A stretch of 63,257 bases of DNA, filler included, from Octopus bimaculoides (taxonomy: Eukaryota), in the NCBI RefSeq assembly GCF_001194135.2. It is 11 parts of 9 records of this genome, joined end to end, with 100 filler letters (N's around TTAATTAATTAA, not from the genome) between each part and the next. Parts side by side here need not be neighbours in the genome. Positions count along the whole stretch, not along the records: positions 1 to 25,961 come from NC_068988.1; 10 more parts are not named here. The stretch is one strand, 5' to 3'. Below, piece by piece: positions 11,921 through 25,605 of the stretch. The notes under the pieces were generated by a model. That model was not told the origin of the DNA, did not search any database, and worked only from the letters and a program-made list of their open reading frames with translations. Every line of letters begins with the position of its first letter. Positions within the stretch are counted from its first letter, which is position 1. The position numbers and the translations under genes were made by a program.

Positions 11921-13560
11921 TAAAATTAGTAGTGAATTATATAACTTCTTTAAAAATGAATCTCACAATCCAAGTCTGCGATATGTTATTAAAATAACCT
12001 ATTCAGTTGAACTGTAACAACTAGTTATAATTTCTCAACAAATATTGAAGCTGTCGAGGTGGCGGTGGGGTGGTAGCTGTCATCATCATCGCCGTCGAAT
12101 GACCGAATAGTGGTCAGCGCCTCTTCTAACCATTCACTACTATCTGGATAGAATTGCAAATTACATTGCGAAAGTGAATTTCTTAAATTATGATTTCCGA
12201 CATTGGCACAAAGCTACGAGATTTTGGGGAAGTGACAGTCGATTGAATCGAATCCATTATTTGATTGATCTTTATCTCATCGACTACAGTGTAATGAAAG
12301 TCGATTCCGATATTATCTGAATTAAGATAATAAAATGACGTATCAAAATATCACAAAACATATTGTCCAGCTCTCTACTGGTTCATGAATTTTTAGAAAT
12401 AAAATGTCTGAAATAAAATGACAGTTTAACCACGTCAGAACACCGATAGAACAATGGAAAAACAGAGACCAATCACTTGATAGATCAATGCCCTATCACA
12501 CAAGTATAAATCGAGTTATGGAAAGCAAAAGTAATGAAAATGAAAAATAATAATTACAATAACAGTAAAAAAAAAACAATAGCAATAGAAGGAAATGAAG
12601 CTGAAGACTCATTTTATAAATGATAAACGGCGTTGAATGTTTCCAGAACACCTACTGAACTATATTTTCGACTTGCTTGCACAAATCAAATGTACGATTA
12701 AACTTGAACAACCATATTTGATCAAGATGTTGTCTGCTTCATTGACGTTTAATATTTTACGCGGGATTTGAACAACAGGAAAATTAAATATGGTTAATTT
12801 AACTATTATGTGGGCATATTTTATCTAATTCACGGCACTTGAAGTGTGGAATACTATAAATCATCTTTCATTGCGCAATAGCTTGTCATTTTAAAACCGT
12901 TCAATAGCAACTGCAATGAGTAGGATTTCAAAGTAAAATATTGACAGCAAACAGGGTTACGTTCGATATGCACCACCTATTCTCATTCTAAAGAAATAGT
13001 TCTTTATTAATAAAAATAGTTAACGAATAAAAACAACATATAAGTTTTTTCTTTGCATAGGTGGTTACCATTTTAATGTATTTTGCACTAATGACTATTA
13101 TAGCTATCGTTTCTTGTGTAATCAATGTCGTTTGTGGAATAACCTGTAGCTAGCCAAGCATATGACATGTTAAAAAAACTTGGCTACAACTTGTCAATAA
13201 AACCCCAAGAAAACAAATTAGTTATTTTGTTTGGTATTCGTTGATAAAAGTTTGAATTTCATGTGCGCAGATACGATGGCTGTGTATTTAAACAAGTTTG
13301 ATTTGCACTACGGGTTCAATTCTTTTGCGAGACACGTCGGATAACTATCTTCTATCATAGGTCGACTGAACCTAATTGAGAAAAATATTGTAAATGGAAT
13401 TAGGTAGAACCCGTTGGAAGATCGTTCTTGTTCTTGGGTGATAGAAAAATAATCCGTCTCTTGGCTTGACAACACCTGGACATTGACAACAACCTTGCCA
13501 CTGATTACTTTTAGCGAACAATTCTGTGTGTGTATGTATGTATGTATGTATGTATGTGTG

Positions 13561-13601
<41 letters not shown>

Positions 13602-14177
13602 NNNNNNNNNNNNNNNNNNNNNNNNNNNNNNNNNNNNNNNNNNNNNNNNNNNNNNNNNNNNNNNNNNNNNNNNNNNNNNNNNNNNNNNNNNNNNNNNNNN
13701 NNNNNNNNNNNNNNNNNNNNNNNNNNNNNNNNNNNNNNNNNNNNNNNNNNNNNNNNNNNNNNNNNNNNNNNNNNNNNNNNNNNNNNNNNNNNNNNNNNNN
13801 NNNNNNNNNNNNNNNNNNNNNNNNNNNNNNNNNNNNNNNNNNNNNNNNNNNNNNNNNNNNNNNNNNNNNNNNNNNNNNNNNNNNNNNNNNNNNNNNNNNN
13901 NNNNNNNNNNNNNNNNNNNNNNNNNNNNNNNNNNNNNNNNNNNNNNNNNNNNNNNNNNNNNNNNNNNNNNNNNNNNNNNNNNNNNNNNNNNNNNNNNNNN
14001 NNNNNNNNNNNNNNNNNNNNNNNNNNNNNNNNNNNNNNNNNNNNNNNNNNNNNNNNNNNNNNNNNNNNNNNNNNNNNNNNNNNNNNNNNNNNNNNNNNNN
14101 NNNNNNNNNNNNNNNNNNNNNNNNNNNNNNNNNNNNNNNNNGTATATGTGTGTGTGTGTGTGTTGTGTGTGTGTGTG

Positions 14178-14617
14178 TAGTACAACAATCGTTTCGGTTG
14201 CCTTCTGCGCTGCTCCCTAGTGGGTGGGGAACGATGTAATGACATCAGATGCATCGCACAGGAGCCTCATCAGGTGACGTAACATGCTTCAAAAGTTATA
14301 AGATTTACTCATTACTCCAAGTTAGATGCTAGTGGTGTTATGGTGTATTGCTAATAGTTCACACACATTGGTGAAATGAGTATACTTGTAGTCAGGAAGT
14401 GGTTGATACTCATTTCACTAATGTGTGTGAACTACTAGCAATACACCATAACACTACTAGCATCTAACTTGGAGTAAAAGGCAAATTTTATGACTTTTGA
14501 AGTATGTTACGTCATCTGATGAGGCTCCTTGTACTGTGTGATGCATCTGATGTCATTACATCGTTCCGCACCTACTAAGGAGCAGTGCAGAAGGCAGCCG
14601 AAACGATTGTTGTGCTA
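14178..14617. repeat. Long fold-back: ~210-bp inverted arms, 22-nt loop
   Basis: 14178-14383 is the reverse complement of 14406-14617 at ~90% identity with one 6-nt indel. Confidence 0.95.
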
Positions 14618-14854
14618 AATAAGGCTTCTAGTTACACTCCATCTTCCGTATAAATCATTTAAAATATTCCCAACGTGTACCTAGGAATTCCTGACGTAGA
14701 TTCAGCGACGAAAGCGCAGTAACGCGTATGACACCTAGCAGCCATAAGTGGTGAACGTTCTCTGCAGGCGCACTACCTAGGACTTACTCGAAACAAGGCG
14801 TGGATATTGCATTTTAATATCTCCTTTTTAAACTTTAATTTCTAGTTTTAAATT

Positions 14855-14918
<64 letters not shown>

Positions 14919-15085
14919 CCATGCATATATATATATGCACAGAGAGAGAAAGAGAACGAGAGAGACACACACACACACTTATATACGNNNNNNNNNNNNN
15001 NNNNNNNNNNNNNNNNNNNNNNNNNNNNNNNNNNNNNNNNNNNNNNNNNNNNNNNNNNNNNNNNNNNNNNNNNNNNNNNNNNNNN

Positions 15086-15136
<51 letters not shown>

Positions 15137-15184
15137 TGTGTGTGTGTGTGTGTGTGTCTTTGTGTGCTCGCTCCTGTATCACTC

Positions 15185-15670
15185 TACGCTGAATCATCAA
15201 TTTATGACGGTGGTCACACGCTGAAAGCTGTCGATAAATTTTCATATCTAGGAAATATGTTCACCGAATGTTGAAATAGCTTCACGCATCAGAAAGGCAA
15301 CTGATACTTTTGCCAGCCTCGAAACATGTGTTTGGGATCAGAAAGGAATTCATAAAACGGTATTAAAATTGCAGCCGTCTTTACAATATTGCTTTACTCT
15401 TGTGAAACTCGGGCCGCAGACGACTCAAAATCCTGGCGTGGTTGTGCCATCAATGTCTACGTAGTATTCTGTGTGCTCCACTTGAGTGCCCATTCACCTG
15501 ATCCTGGAGTACTTTAAAATGCTGATACACCTCAGCATTGGAAATCACATCTATAAACATAGACATCACTGGATAGGTCATCTTCTTTGACAAGTTGACA
15601 GCGGAAACCCCAAACAAACCCTTTATGGTGAGCTGGAGTCTGGTACGAGACTACAACATAAGCGAAAATT
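15185..15670 (+). mobile_element. Degenerate RTE-clade LINE, post-RT region
   Basis: LKAVDKFSYLG..IASRIRKA..LLYSCET..HWIGH..PKQTLYGEL motifs with frameshifts. Confidence 0.8.
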
Positions 15671-16200
15671 GTGATTGTTGTTATTTGATGTGTTTTGGCG
15701 TTTTTGCTGTGCGATGATTCCGCTATGTATATTAGTTTTCATTTCATTATACGTTTTGCTTGTTTATTTAAACTTTTTGTAGTTAGACCTAATTCTGGAT
15801 GTTTAATGCCGCACAAACTTTTAATCTTTTCGTAATTCGAAAACGTTTAGACTCATATTGAGCGTACTATTCATATAATTGCTTATTCTGTTCACAGTCC
15901 CAATGTATCATTATATTGAAGATATAGTCACGAATAGGCCAAAGGAGACTAATGTGTTTAGCTATGATGACTTCTGTCTTTCAACTTTCACAATATATTC
16001 AATAGTAGATGAGGAAATGTTCTTCAAAAGTTTCGAGAAAGTTTTCTTTACGGTTGAATTTCAAAGTTATACACGGCTTGGATTTTCTTTGCTTTCAAGT
16101 TGTTTGATTTCTACAATTGCATTGAAGTGGACGTAATAGAATTCCGATCGAGCAACACATGGGTATTTTTCATCAGAAGATTGCTCAGTTAGTTTGTCAA

Positions 16201-16488
16201 TGCATATATTGTATGTCACTGCTTAAATACTAATGTAGAAATGTTCGTGTGTAATCTTACCTGCATTCTGTAGCTCAACTTTCTCATATGGCAAGTTGCC
16301 TTTGTATAAGTGGTAATTACATACGTCCGAATGTCAGACAGACCACTAGAGTAGCCATATTTCATGTATGAATTACCGCTTATACAAAAGCAATTTGCCA
16401 TATGAGAAAGTTGAGCTACAGAATGCAGGTAAGATTACACATGAACATTTCTACATTAGTATTTAAGCAGTGACATACAATAAATGCA
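16201..16488. repeat. Long fold-back: ~115-bp arms at ~95% identity, ~40-nt loop
   Basis: 16207-16325 is the reverse complement of ~16365-16482; 4 substitutions and 1 indel. Confidence 0.95.
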
Positions 16489-16536
16489 ATATACGCACGC
16501 ACGCACACACGTACTCACAGACACACACACACACAG

Positions 16537-16567
<31 letters not shown>

Positions 16568-16783
16568 TCCGCAATAAAGAAACACTTCGTGTTAAAGCTC
16601 CGATGGAACTTTAAGATGACTAGCACAGTTTTGGATGACCAGTTCCTTATCGGCGAAACAGCTGTAAGTCAATGAAGGTGATTATTGTTCCTTCCTTGTA
16701 ATTCCTATATGTGTATGTGCGTGCGAATATATATATATATATATATACANNNNNNNNNNNNNNNNNNNNNNNNNNNNNNNNNN

Positions 16784-16862
<79 letters not shown>

Positions 16863-18387
16863 ACTTCTGTTTAAAATTTTAGGCCTGCTTGTTAATCATC
16901 CAGTTATCTTACCTTCCTACAATCAGTATAGTGTCAAAAAAACTTGAAGTCTATCCTCTCATCATTTGCATACAAGTAAGTACTTAGTTCCCAGCAGTTG
17001 TTAAGATATAACATCATAAACTTAAGGATTGCTTATTAATCACTTAAATGGCACGTTAGTTTTGTTTTGGTGTCAAAAACTTAAGCTGTATTTTCTGATC
17101 ATTTCACTAAGCACCTAACGATTGTTTATGAAACTTGGTATTAGAAACTTAACGTCTGCCATTTTTTATAATTCAGATGTTACTTAGCACCCGTGTTCCT
17201 TTTATTTTGGCAAACGATCTGTAGCATTATCGGTATCTGGTAAGCCATATATACATATTTCGACTTCCGTTAGGGACAATTGTTTTACTTCGGTTTTAAT
17301 TATTATTTCAAATAACGTCAGCCCTGATCAAGTAAATCTGTGATGAAAGGCAGCAATGTAACCGTTAATACGTTATCCTTTATACGTTTTATGATGGCAG
17401 AATGTGATTTAAGAGATGTTTGAGTGATATTTCTTCTAGGTGGAATGATTATAAAGTGGTACTTGACGCCTCAACGTGGTCACTTAATTTGGTAGAAATA
17501 GCTGCAAATTCACCCTCAAATCACACTATACTGTCTTAAAGAAAGCACTAACACATTGTATAATATGGTCCAAGATGCACAATGCATAAAAAGAAAGAAA
17601 CAAACAAATGATTACGGTGGGGATGGTCTTTCAGAAATAACAATGAGAAATTTTCTACGTGGTCGCGTATTCTGCAAGAAATAGTTGCTAAATCTTCCTC
17701 AAATATTATGTAAGGACAAGACACATTAGACGATGTGGTCCTTATATAGTCCCAAAGCAAACATTGTGGTTAAGATACATTTTCATTTTAGTTGATAGCG
17801 ATGCCACAACATGGCCAAAACCTTTTGGATGGAAGCAGTAATAGTGTGAAAGTACAAGGAATGCATCTTAAATATTTGCATGTGTACGTTTAGCTAGGCA
17901 TCAACTTCGGTTTTGAGTATGGAAATTTTAAAGATTATTATATAATAGATCAACTGTATTATCTAGTGTCATCTATTGTAAAGGATTTGGGGTCAAAACT
18001 TGCAAATATTTTGTAACAGAACCTTGTCGAAAGGCGATTTGCTTTCTTATGTTAGGTTCAATGTTTCAGAATTTTAGGTAGTAAGACAATGGGAGTAGTT
18101 GTGACATTTATGTCTTTCTCAAGGACATGAACGAAATTTCATTCAGAAGTGCTAATGCTCGTTGTAGCCATTAGGGCGATTCCTCGTAACTGAAGATGTC
18201 TACTTGCTGAAAAGTTTATCATGCAATTAGTTATAGAGTGAGCTGCTTTACATCGTAATATACTAAGTCTGCATACTCAGTTTGTACACCAAAATACTCA
18301 GCGAGCACAGTCATCCATTATATTCGACCATCTTGCTTGGACAGTACAATCAGCACTCTCGGTCATCATACCAAACCAGCATAGTCA

Positions 18388-18468
18388 ATCAGCACACTCG
18401 GCCAGCACACTTGGCCAGCACACTTGGCCAGCACACTTGGCCAGTAAACTCAATTAGCACACTTGGCT
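18388..18468 (+). repeat. 13-bp minisatellite (CAGCACACTTGGC) x ~4-5
   Basis: Direct reading; no spacers. Confidence 0.9.
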
Positions 18469-19354
18469 TCGGCAGTCTAATAGTTTTTCTTCACGGCCAT
18501 ATTGTCTTTATTTTCAACCAGTGAGCAATAAACCGTATCTCTTTGCCTTACGCCTAACTAGATTGTGAGGAGAGAGATAACTACATGAAAGGGTGATGCA
18601 ATTCCACTTACAATCTCTTGAACTACGAAAAATTTGAATTGTATTTGAAAAGAAAAGTGGATGTGAGGATGCAAGATCTAAAGAATTATTAGTGCTGAAA
18701 AAACACCTTTTAAACCTAGGACGTTTTGGCGGCAGTTCCAGATTTGATTACACAGCTTTTTGTTTTGGATTATGTAATAACTATATCGTCTAATGTGTTC
18801 TGTCCTTATATAAGATTTTAGAGTGCGATTTAAAGGAGATGTGGCTGCTATTTCTCGCAGGAAGAGTGGTCAAATAAAAATTTCCTTAAGGTTTTTTCTG
18901 ACCATCTCATTTTTACTCACAATGCATCTACAATCAAATTATACAATGTCTGTGCTTTCTTTAAGACTGTACAGAGCGATTTGAGGAAACGTTTGCTGCT
19001 ATTTCAACTAATTTACGTGACCCCCTAGAGGCTTCAAGTACACTTAAAGAAGAAAGTAGAAATGTTCCGGACGTAGATATAGATAAAGTGCATAATGGGC
19101 TGAAGACTAAACGGTGCCCTAACATGACCGCAGCTTTCGAGCTAAAACTAGTTAAAGGGTTAGAGTTTAGTTATTAAAGAGACGTTTTTTTTTTATTTGT
19201 TTTGCTTTGATATTTCCAGAATGTTCGGTGGAAAATTTAGCATACTGCATCTTTCTTTGTATCTCCCTGTCTCTTTTTGTCACACCATATGCTTTTCCAT
19301 TGTTTTAAATCCATCATTCTTTTTCTCGTTTTTTCTCTCACATCATAGATGTGA

Positions 19355-19410
<56 letters not shown>

Positions 19411-19455
19411 GTCTGTCTGTCTGTATGTCTGTCTGTCATTACATGAGTGCATATG

Positions 19456-19490
<35 letters not shown>

Positions 19491-19847
19491 TGTGTGAGTG
19501 AGCAATATATGTATATAGAGAGACATACACATACTGTGTGTATGTCTGTTATGCTAATAAACATACATATATGTATGTGTTCGTTTGTGTTATACATACG
19601 CATATGTGAAAGAAGTTAGGTGCACGCACACTCATGTACGTATCTGGACAACTATGCTTGTGTCTGTGTGCATATGTATTTGTGTGTGTATATGTGTGTG
19701 TGTATGTGCATGTGTATATATATGCGTGCATGCCGGACTCTAATGACAATGACAGCATTGGTGGGCGAGTGTTTTTTGAATACGTTGTATACTTAATGTA
19801 TGCATCGGTACAATTTCTTCTGGGATCCTGGCCAATTTTCACCTAAG

Positions 19848-19892
<45 letters not shown>

Positions 19893-20274
19893 CAATATGT
19901 AGTTGTACTATTAACAGGGTGATAGGATTAGTCAGCCCTGTCGCCTGTTGGAAAGAAAATAGCTGTGCTAATATTGAAATACGTGTCCTTCCAAACTTTT
20001 ACATCACCCTCTCCCACCTGTCAACTCGGAATAATCTCGCTGACGACACATTAGATCGACAAAGTCCCGTGTTTGAACGCGCTTAAAACTGTTGCGCTTT
20101 TTTTTTTTTTGGCTAAGAAAAGAACTTTACTTGAAGTCCCCCGAAAAAGATTATTTTTCGACTGAAACCTAATAATATTTTATTTAGAAGTTTTTATTTA
20201 GCACATGTTAAAAAGAGCAAGCAATGATAATAAAATAATAAGACATAAGAATAACAATAACTTTTATGTTTCTT

Positions 20275-20922
20275 ACTTGCTTCAGTCACTGGACTTTGGT
20301 CATGCTGGGACCCCGTCTTAAAGGGTTTAGTCGAACAAATCGACCCCAGTACTTGTTTTCTATTTTAAATCCTGGTACCTATTCCATCGGTCTCTTTTGC
20401 CTAACCGCTAAGTTACGAGAACGCAAATAAATCCACATTGATTGTCAAGCGGTGGCAGTGGACAAATACAAACACCTATACACTCACATACGTACATACA
20501 CACATATACACGATGGTCTTCCTCACAGTTTAGTCACTATAATTCACTCATAAAGCATTATGTATGTATGTATGTATGTATGTATGTATATTCGACAATC
20601 TTCTTTCAGTTTCCGTCTACCAAACCCACTCACAAGTCTTTGGTCGGTCCGAAGCTGTAGTGGAAGACATTTGCCCAACGTACCGCACAGTGGAGCTGAA
20701 CCTAAAATCACGTGGATTAAAGCGAACTTCTTAAACACAAAACCATGCTTGCGCCTATTCCTTTATTCTTCTGCTGGTTTCAGTCATTTGGCTGCGGCCT
20801 TAAAGGGTTTTAATCGAAGAAATCGACCTCAAGACTTATTCTTTGTAAGCCTAGTACTTATTCTATCTCTTACTTTGCTGAACCGTTAAGTTACGGAGAC
20901 ATAAACACGCCATCATCAGTTG

Positions 20923-20986
<64 letters not shown>

Positions 20987-21145
20987 ACACACATATATGC
21001 GACGGGTTCCTTTCAGTTTCCGTCTACCAAATCCACTTATAAGGCTTTTGTAGGCCCCAGGCTACAGTAAAAAACACTTGCCCAAGATGCCACGCAGTGG
21101 AAATGAACCCGGGAGCATGTGATTGGGAAGCAAGCTTCTTACTAC
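20275..21145 (-). mobile_element. Two adjacent tRNA-derived SINE copies (family A)
   Basis: Reverse complement of the 25095 element: head, internal CA/TA tract, tail ending GACTGAAACAAGTAA. Confidence 0.85.
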
Positions 21146-21479
21146 TGTGCTTAAGTTTAGAATTTTTTTTTATTTCGAACATGTAAAAAACAAAACTTAT
21201 AAGAATAACAATAAAATATAATCAAGAATAAATCTGTACAATAGTTTTAGTGAACAAATTTTCGTTAACAACAGTAATTATATATTACATGTTCTAAAAT
21301 GTGTTGGAGGAAGTATGAACTTATTTCTTCCGATCACTTTTTAATTACTTGTTCATTATTTCCTTTATACAGTTCAAAAACAACTTCGCAGTTTAAGGCA
21401 CAACTCAATTCTTTCTCCAATCTACACCTTACATAGTAAATGTAAGTTCATTTAGCCATATCAGTTCCGTTATTCTTAC

Positions 21480-22100
21480 GAAACTCTCAGAATTTACTAG
21501 AAAGGTCTATCTCCCTCTCTTCTCTCACTTTCCTCTTCAAGTAGTACTTGCAGAAGTTGTCGAGGGCTTGGTCTGAGAGGAAAATATCTGTTCTCAAAAC
21601 TCTCAAGTACCTCAGCTTTACAAATCTCTTCACCATAGTCACCAATCAGACGAAGTTATCTGCTCTTCCTTGCTAATAAACGGATACGTCTTTCATTTGA
21701 TAACAGCTGTTTGACATTATATCCACAAATCAGCAATGCACAGATATTGGATGGGTGCATGCAGTATGATTTTATCATTCTGTGCGCATCTCGGATAAGT
21801 TAGGTTTGGAATGAACTCTGCGGCCATGCTTGCAGAGTTTATATCAAAAAGGAAAAGTTACCCTGTAGCGTTGCTAGGCAAAAACTTTTTGGAAATCGTC
21901 TGTAATCTCTGATCTAAAAAAATCTTCCAAAAGAGACTACTAACATTGTCTTCGTCGACGTCCATATCACCCCAAGGTCATTGATGCTCATACCATCCAC
22001 TAACCCTCTTTAGAATGTAGACGTTCCACTATTGTATTACTAGCCAGCAGAATGATGCAAGCTCTTTACAACATTCCAGCTATTATAAGCCCAAACTTGG
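21480..22100 (-). mobile_element. Degenerate L1/Tx1-like LINE ORF2 C-terminus
   Basis: Minus strand reads PRCAQNDKIILHAPIQYLCIADLW (zf-RVT-like C..C..H..C..W) and FLSDQALDNFCKYYLKRKVREER. Confidence 0.6.
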
Positions 22101-22254
22101 ATTATCTTAGGCCCAGGATGACAGCTCGGTCAAAGAGACGAACAGAAAAAAGACGTCACACTAATGCAAGCATGCTTCTTCACCGACGTTTTGCTCAGGA
22201 TTCAATAATAGGATAAAATCTTTTACAAGAATTTTATCAAGAAGCTAGCGTGAA

Positions 22255-22514
22255 AAAATTCATAAAGGAAAAAAACCATCATTATTTATTCCCAAGAATA
22301 TAGTCGCCATGATAGATCGCTGACCACAACATTCAATTTTTTTCTCCGTGTTTTTCTCCTTGTTTTTCTCCTTATTCGTTCTGTTGAAGAGCGTAGCTCG
22401 AAACGTTAAAGACTTTCTATTTTCCCGAGCGTTAAACTAATACATCCTTTTGTTGTTTACACCACCTGTCCTCGTCTGTTGTTGTTTTCTTCGTAAATTC
22501 TCCCATATATATAT
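22255..22514 (+). mobile_element. Probable Penelope-like terminal fragment
   Basis: TGAAGAGCGTAGCTCGAAACGTT (degenerate hammerhead-like boxes) followed by a pyrimidine-rich tail ending in (TA)n. Family assignment from recall. Confidence 0.4.
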
Positions 22515-22959
22515 NNNNNNNNNNNNNNNNNNNNNNNNNNNNATATTCTCTTGCATTTCTGAATTTCACCTGTAGGTACATATATATTTATAATTAAGTA
22601 CACATACACAAACATAAACATCATCAATGCATCGCAGCATGATTTAATTGCATGTACCTCGCTTTCGTCAATTATTTTAAGTGCTTGTATGGTGACGAGC
22701 AGAATTAGTCTTCACCCACGGTACATCGTGGATTTGACAGCTGGAGGGAGAGAGGGCTGCACCACCATTCAGTTGGGCCTCATTTCAATGGAATAGATCA
22801 GAGCAACGTAAAATAAAATATCCTATTTGATGCACTTTATTTTATGATGATCCCAGTACAGCTGGCAAAACCACAACTGTATGTTTGTGAGCTCGACACC
22901 CTAAGAAGTAAGCCACTGGCATTTACTGACACACACGCACGTGAGAACACGCGCGCACA

Positions 22960-23830
22960 CACACACGCACAGCCCCTCCACGCGCGCGCGCGCGCACACA
23001 CACACACAAGCATGTAATTATATATGCATGTATGAGTACAATTATGTATATAGATACGTCTGTATCTATAGTGTGATTAAACGCGCATACCTAAATACTT
23101 GGAATGTTTCGGTATATAAAAATAATTTAAAATACATAAGTGAGTGAGAGAGTGAAAGGATATTTTAGTGACACATTGCATTCTTTATCCTGTAAGGTCT
23201 TTTCCTTACCGAGTCTCTTATTGGTGGAACCGCATAAAAACGTAAACAGGTAAAAGAGATCGGTTGGCTTCCTTCTTTCGAAGCCATTCCTTTCCTGTCC
23301 CAACATGCAAACGCTATTAATGACCAAACAAGACTTGTTTTGCATGCTACACAAAGACTGCACTGAACATTAATTAGTTAAAGTGTCTACTTAAAATTAA
23401 AGAGAAAAAGAAAACTTAAATGCATGTCAGTACACGAAATCAAACTTCCTGTACAAATAGTACAAATGGCAGTAGCTGCGGCGGTGAAGGTACTAGCGAT
23501 GGTCCGTGGTGGAAAAATGAACCGAAGGGAGTGGTTTTTAGACCAAAGTTTTTTTCACAATCTGAACGCAGAAAGCGGATGTATCCGATCAAAATGTTAT
23601 TACCGTTAACTGCAGAAAGCGAATTTGCTTCATGGCTTTCCTGCAAAAAGCGCAGACACCCCAAGTGGCACTTATTACAAAAGACGATTTTTCGGATTTT
23701 CTTCATATATTTCGTCAAATGTCTCTTTGCAGAGCAAGAGTCAATACTTTTAGTATTGATAAGTATAACGAAAATCGGTCACAAGTCTCGAAACGTCACG
23801 TCATCTGGGCTGGTCGTCCAATACTTTCTT
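22960..23830. promoter_or_regulatory. CpG-rich unique segment; promoter/first-exon candidate
   Basis: (CG)n tract ~22980-22995, elevated CpG 23420-23830, overlapping CRE half-sites ACGTCACGTCA at 23793-23803, minus-strand donor-like CTCG|gtaagg near 23209. Confidence 0.3.
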
Positions 23831-24922
23831 CCTTCACAATTGAGTATTAAGCAACTAAACTGATTTGAATCCAATCATTGCCACCACCTCGATCTGCTCA
23901 TAGCTATGATATTTGCTTTTCAACTCTCACTCAAACTGGTTGCATGCATATTGCGTCTACAACTAAGATACTTAACTATCAGCAGTCATGTTCCTCTTGC
24001 TGCAGGTATAATAGCGTGATGTAATTCATACTGTGTACATTACTCAGTATTTCCTTGTTCTTTTCTGAGAGTAAGCTATATAAGTTGAGGGAAATTTAGT
24101 AGCTATTTCTAGAAGGTCGAGTCACCACATAGAAACTCATTTCATTGGTATGATTTGGATGTCTTTTGAAGTTATGGTCGCTATCGATTTCTAGGTGGTG
24201 AACTGGCAGAATCGTTAGATCGTTGAAAAAACAAATGCTATGAGGTATTCTGGCTTTTTTATTCGGAGTTCAAATCCCAATGAGGTCAACTTTGATTATC
24301 ATTCTTTCGGCTTTGATAAGATAATATACCAATCAAAGTGTAGAGATCAATAGCATCGACTGATATCCTCAAAACTGCTGGTATTGAACCTGAAATGGAA
24401 CCTATTATTGCTACTAACTGCCTATTGTATCATACACGAAATCATTGTTATTAATGAAAGAAATCGTCATTGGTGATAATTAGTTCAGGTAAACCTCGAC
24501 AGAACAGAACGATATCAAAGCTATTCCAACCGTAATCATGTCTTTTTTGAATCGTGGACGACATTTATCCAATATTATCTTTTTTCTTAAGGTATGATAT
24601 GAAGGATATTTAACTATTATTCCGAACAAATCGAGAGATCATGTACATAAATTCCTTGTTAACTCGTGTATTTTGATACATATCTCACTCACTCACTCAC
24701 TTACTCACTCAATCTCTCTACTCCTCCTGTCTCCCTAGCTTTCGGCTACTTGAAGATAGACTACGAAACTCAAACTTCGAAGTTAACGACAACCTAATTA
24801 TTTTTCTATTGGAAAAATTAACGAAAATGTACTCTACTAAAGTGATTCTTCAATTTAATGTTAAACTATTTTTATATACAACTTCAGTAAAAATAAGCAT
24901 CCCACCATCCCTCCATCCATCC

Positions 24923-24972
<50 letters not shown>

Positions 24973-25094
24973 GTTTATTTTTTCGTTCAGTTAAATTAAA
25001 AACAATTTTACATTAATCTGATGTGTTACTCTATACTTTTGTAGAGGACAAATTTATTATTCTTATACAAGAGTGTTGTTGATAGTGACATAAA

Positions 25095-25492
25095 TGCGCA
25101 GGAGTGGCTGTGTGGTAAGTAGCTTGCTTACCAACCACATGGTTCCGGGTTCAGTCCCACTGCGTGGCATCTTGGGCAAATGTCTTCTACTATAGCCTCG
25201 GGTCGACCAAAGTCTTGTGAGTGGATTTGGTAGACGGAAACTGAAAGAAGCCCGTCGTATATATGTTTATATATATATGTGTGTGTCTGTGTTTGTCCCC
25301 CTAGCATTGCTTGACAAACGATGCTGGTGTGTTTCTGTCCCCGTCACTTAGCGGTTCGGAAAAAGAGAACGATAGAATAAGTACTAGGCTTACAAAGAAT
25401 AAGTCCTGGGGTCAATTTGCTCGACTAAAGTTGGTGCTCCAGCATGGCCGCAGTCAAATGATTGAAACAACTAAAAGAGTAAAAGAGTAAGA
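25095..25492 (+). mobile_element. Full-length tRNA-derived SINE (family A)
   Basis: A box TGGCTGTGTGG, B box GGTTCAGTCCC, internal TA/GT tract, AAAAGAGT tail. Many related copies (e.g. 30010, 31542, 31958, 34825, 37090, 44325, 51851, 53260, 57470, 62900). Confidence 0.9.
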
Positions 25493-25605
25493 GTGTTGTT
25501 GATATTGACATCAAAGTTTCGGCAGTCTGACGATGGCTTAGCTGGCTGAAACTCCAAAGTCACTGTCATCAACATTCTTGTGTTAGAATAATATATATAT
25601 ATATA

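Noticed and set aside
13061-13153. Plus-strand hydrophobic terminal-exon candidate (VVTILMYFALMTIIAIVSCVINVVCGITCS*)
   Set aside because: Good acceptor but no in-phase partner exons; T-rich DNA yields hydrophobic peptides by chance.
18388-18468. Short regular repeats as a possible CRISPR-like array (also 60573-60630)
   Set aside because: No unique spacers, eukaryotic context, no cas-like ORFs.
23420-23863. 147-aa ORF
   Set aside because: No recognisable motif and several overlapping frames are similarly open; kept only as a regulatory candidate.
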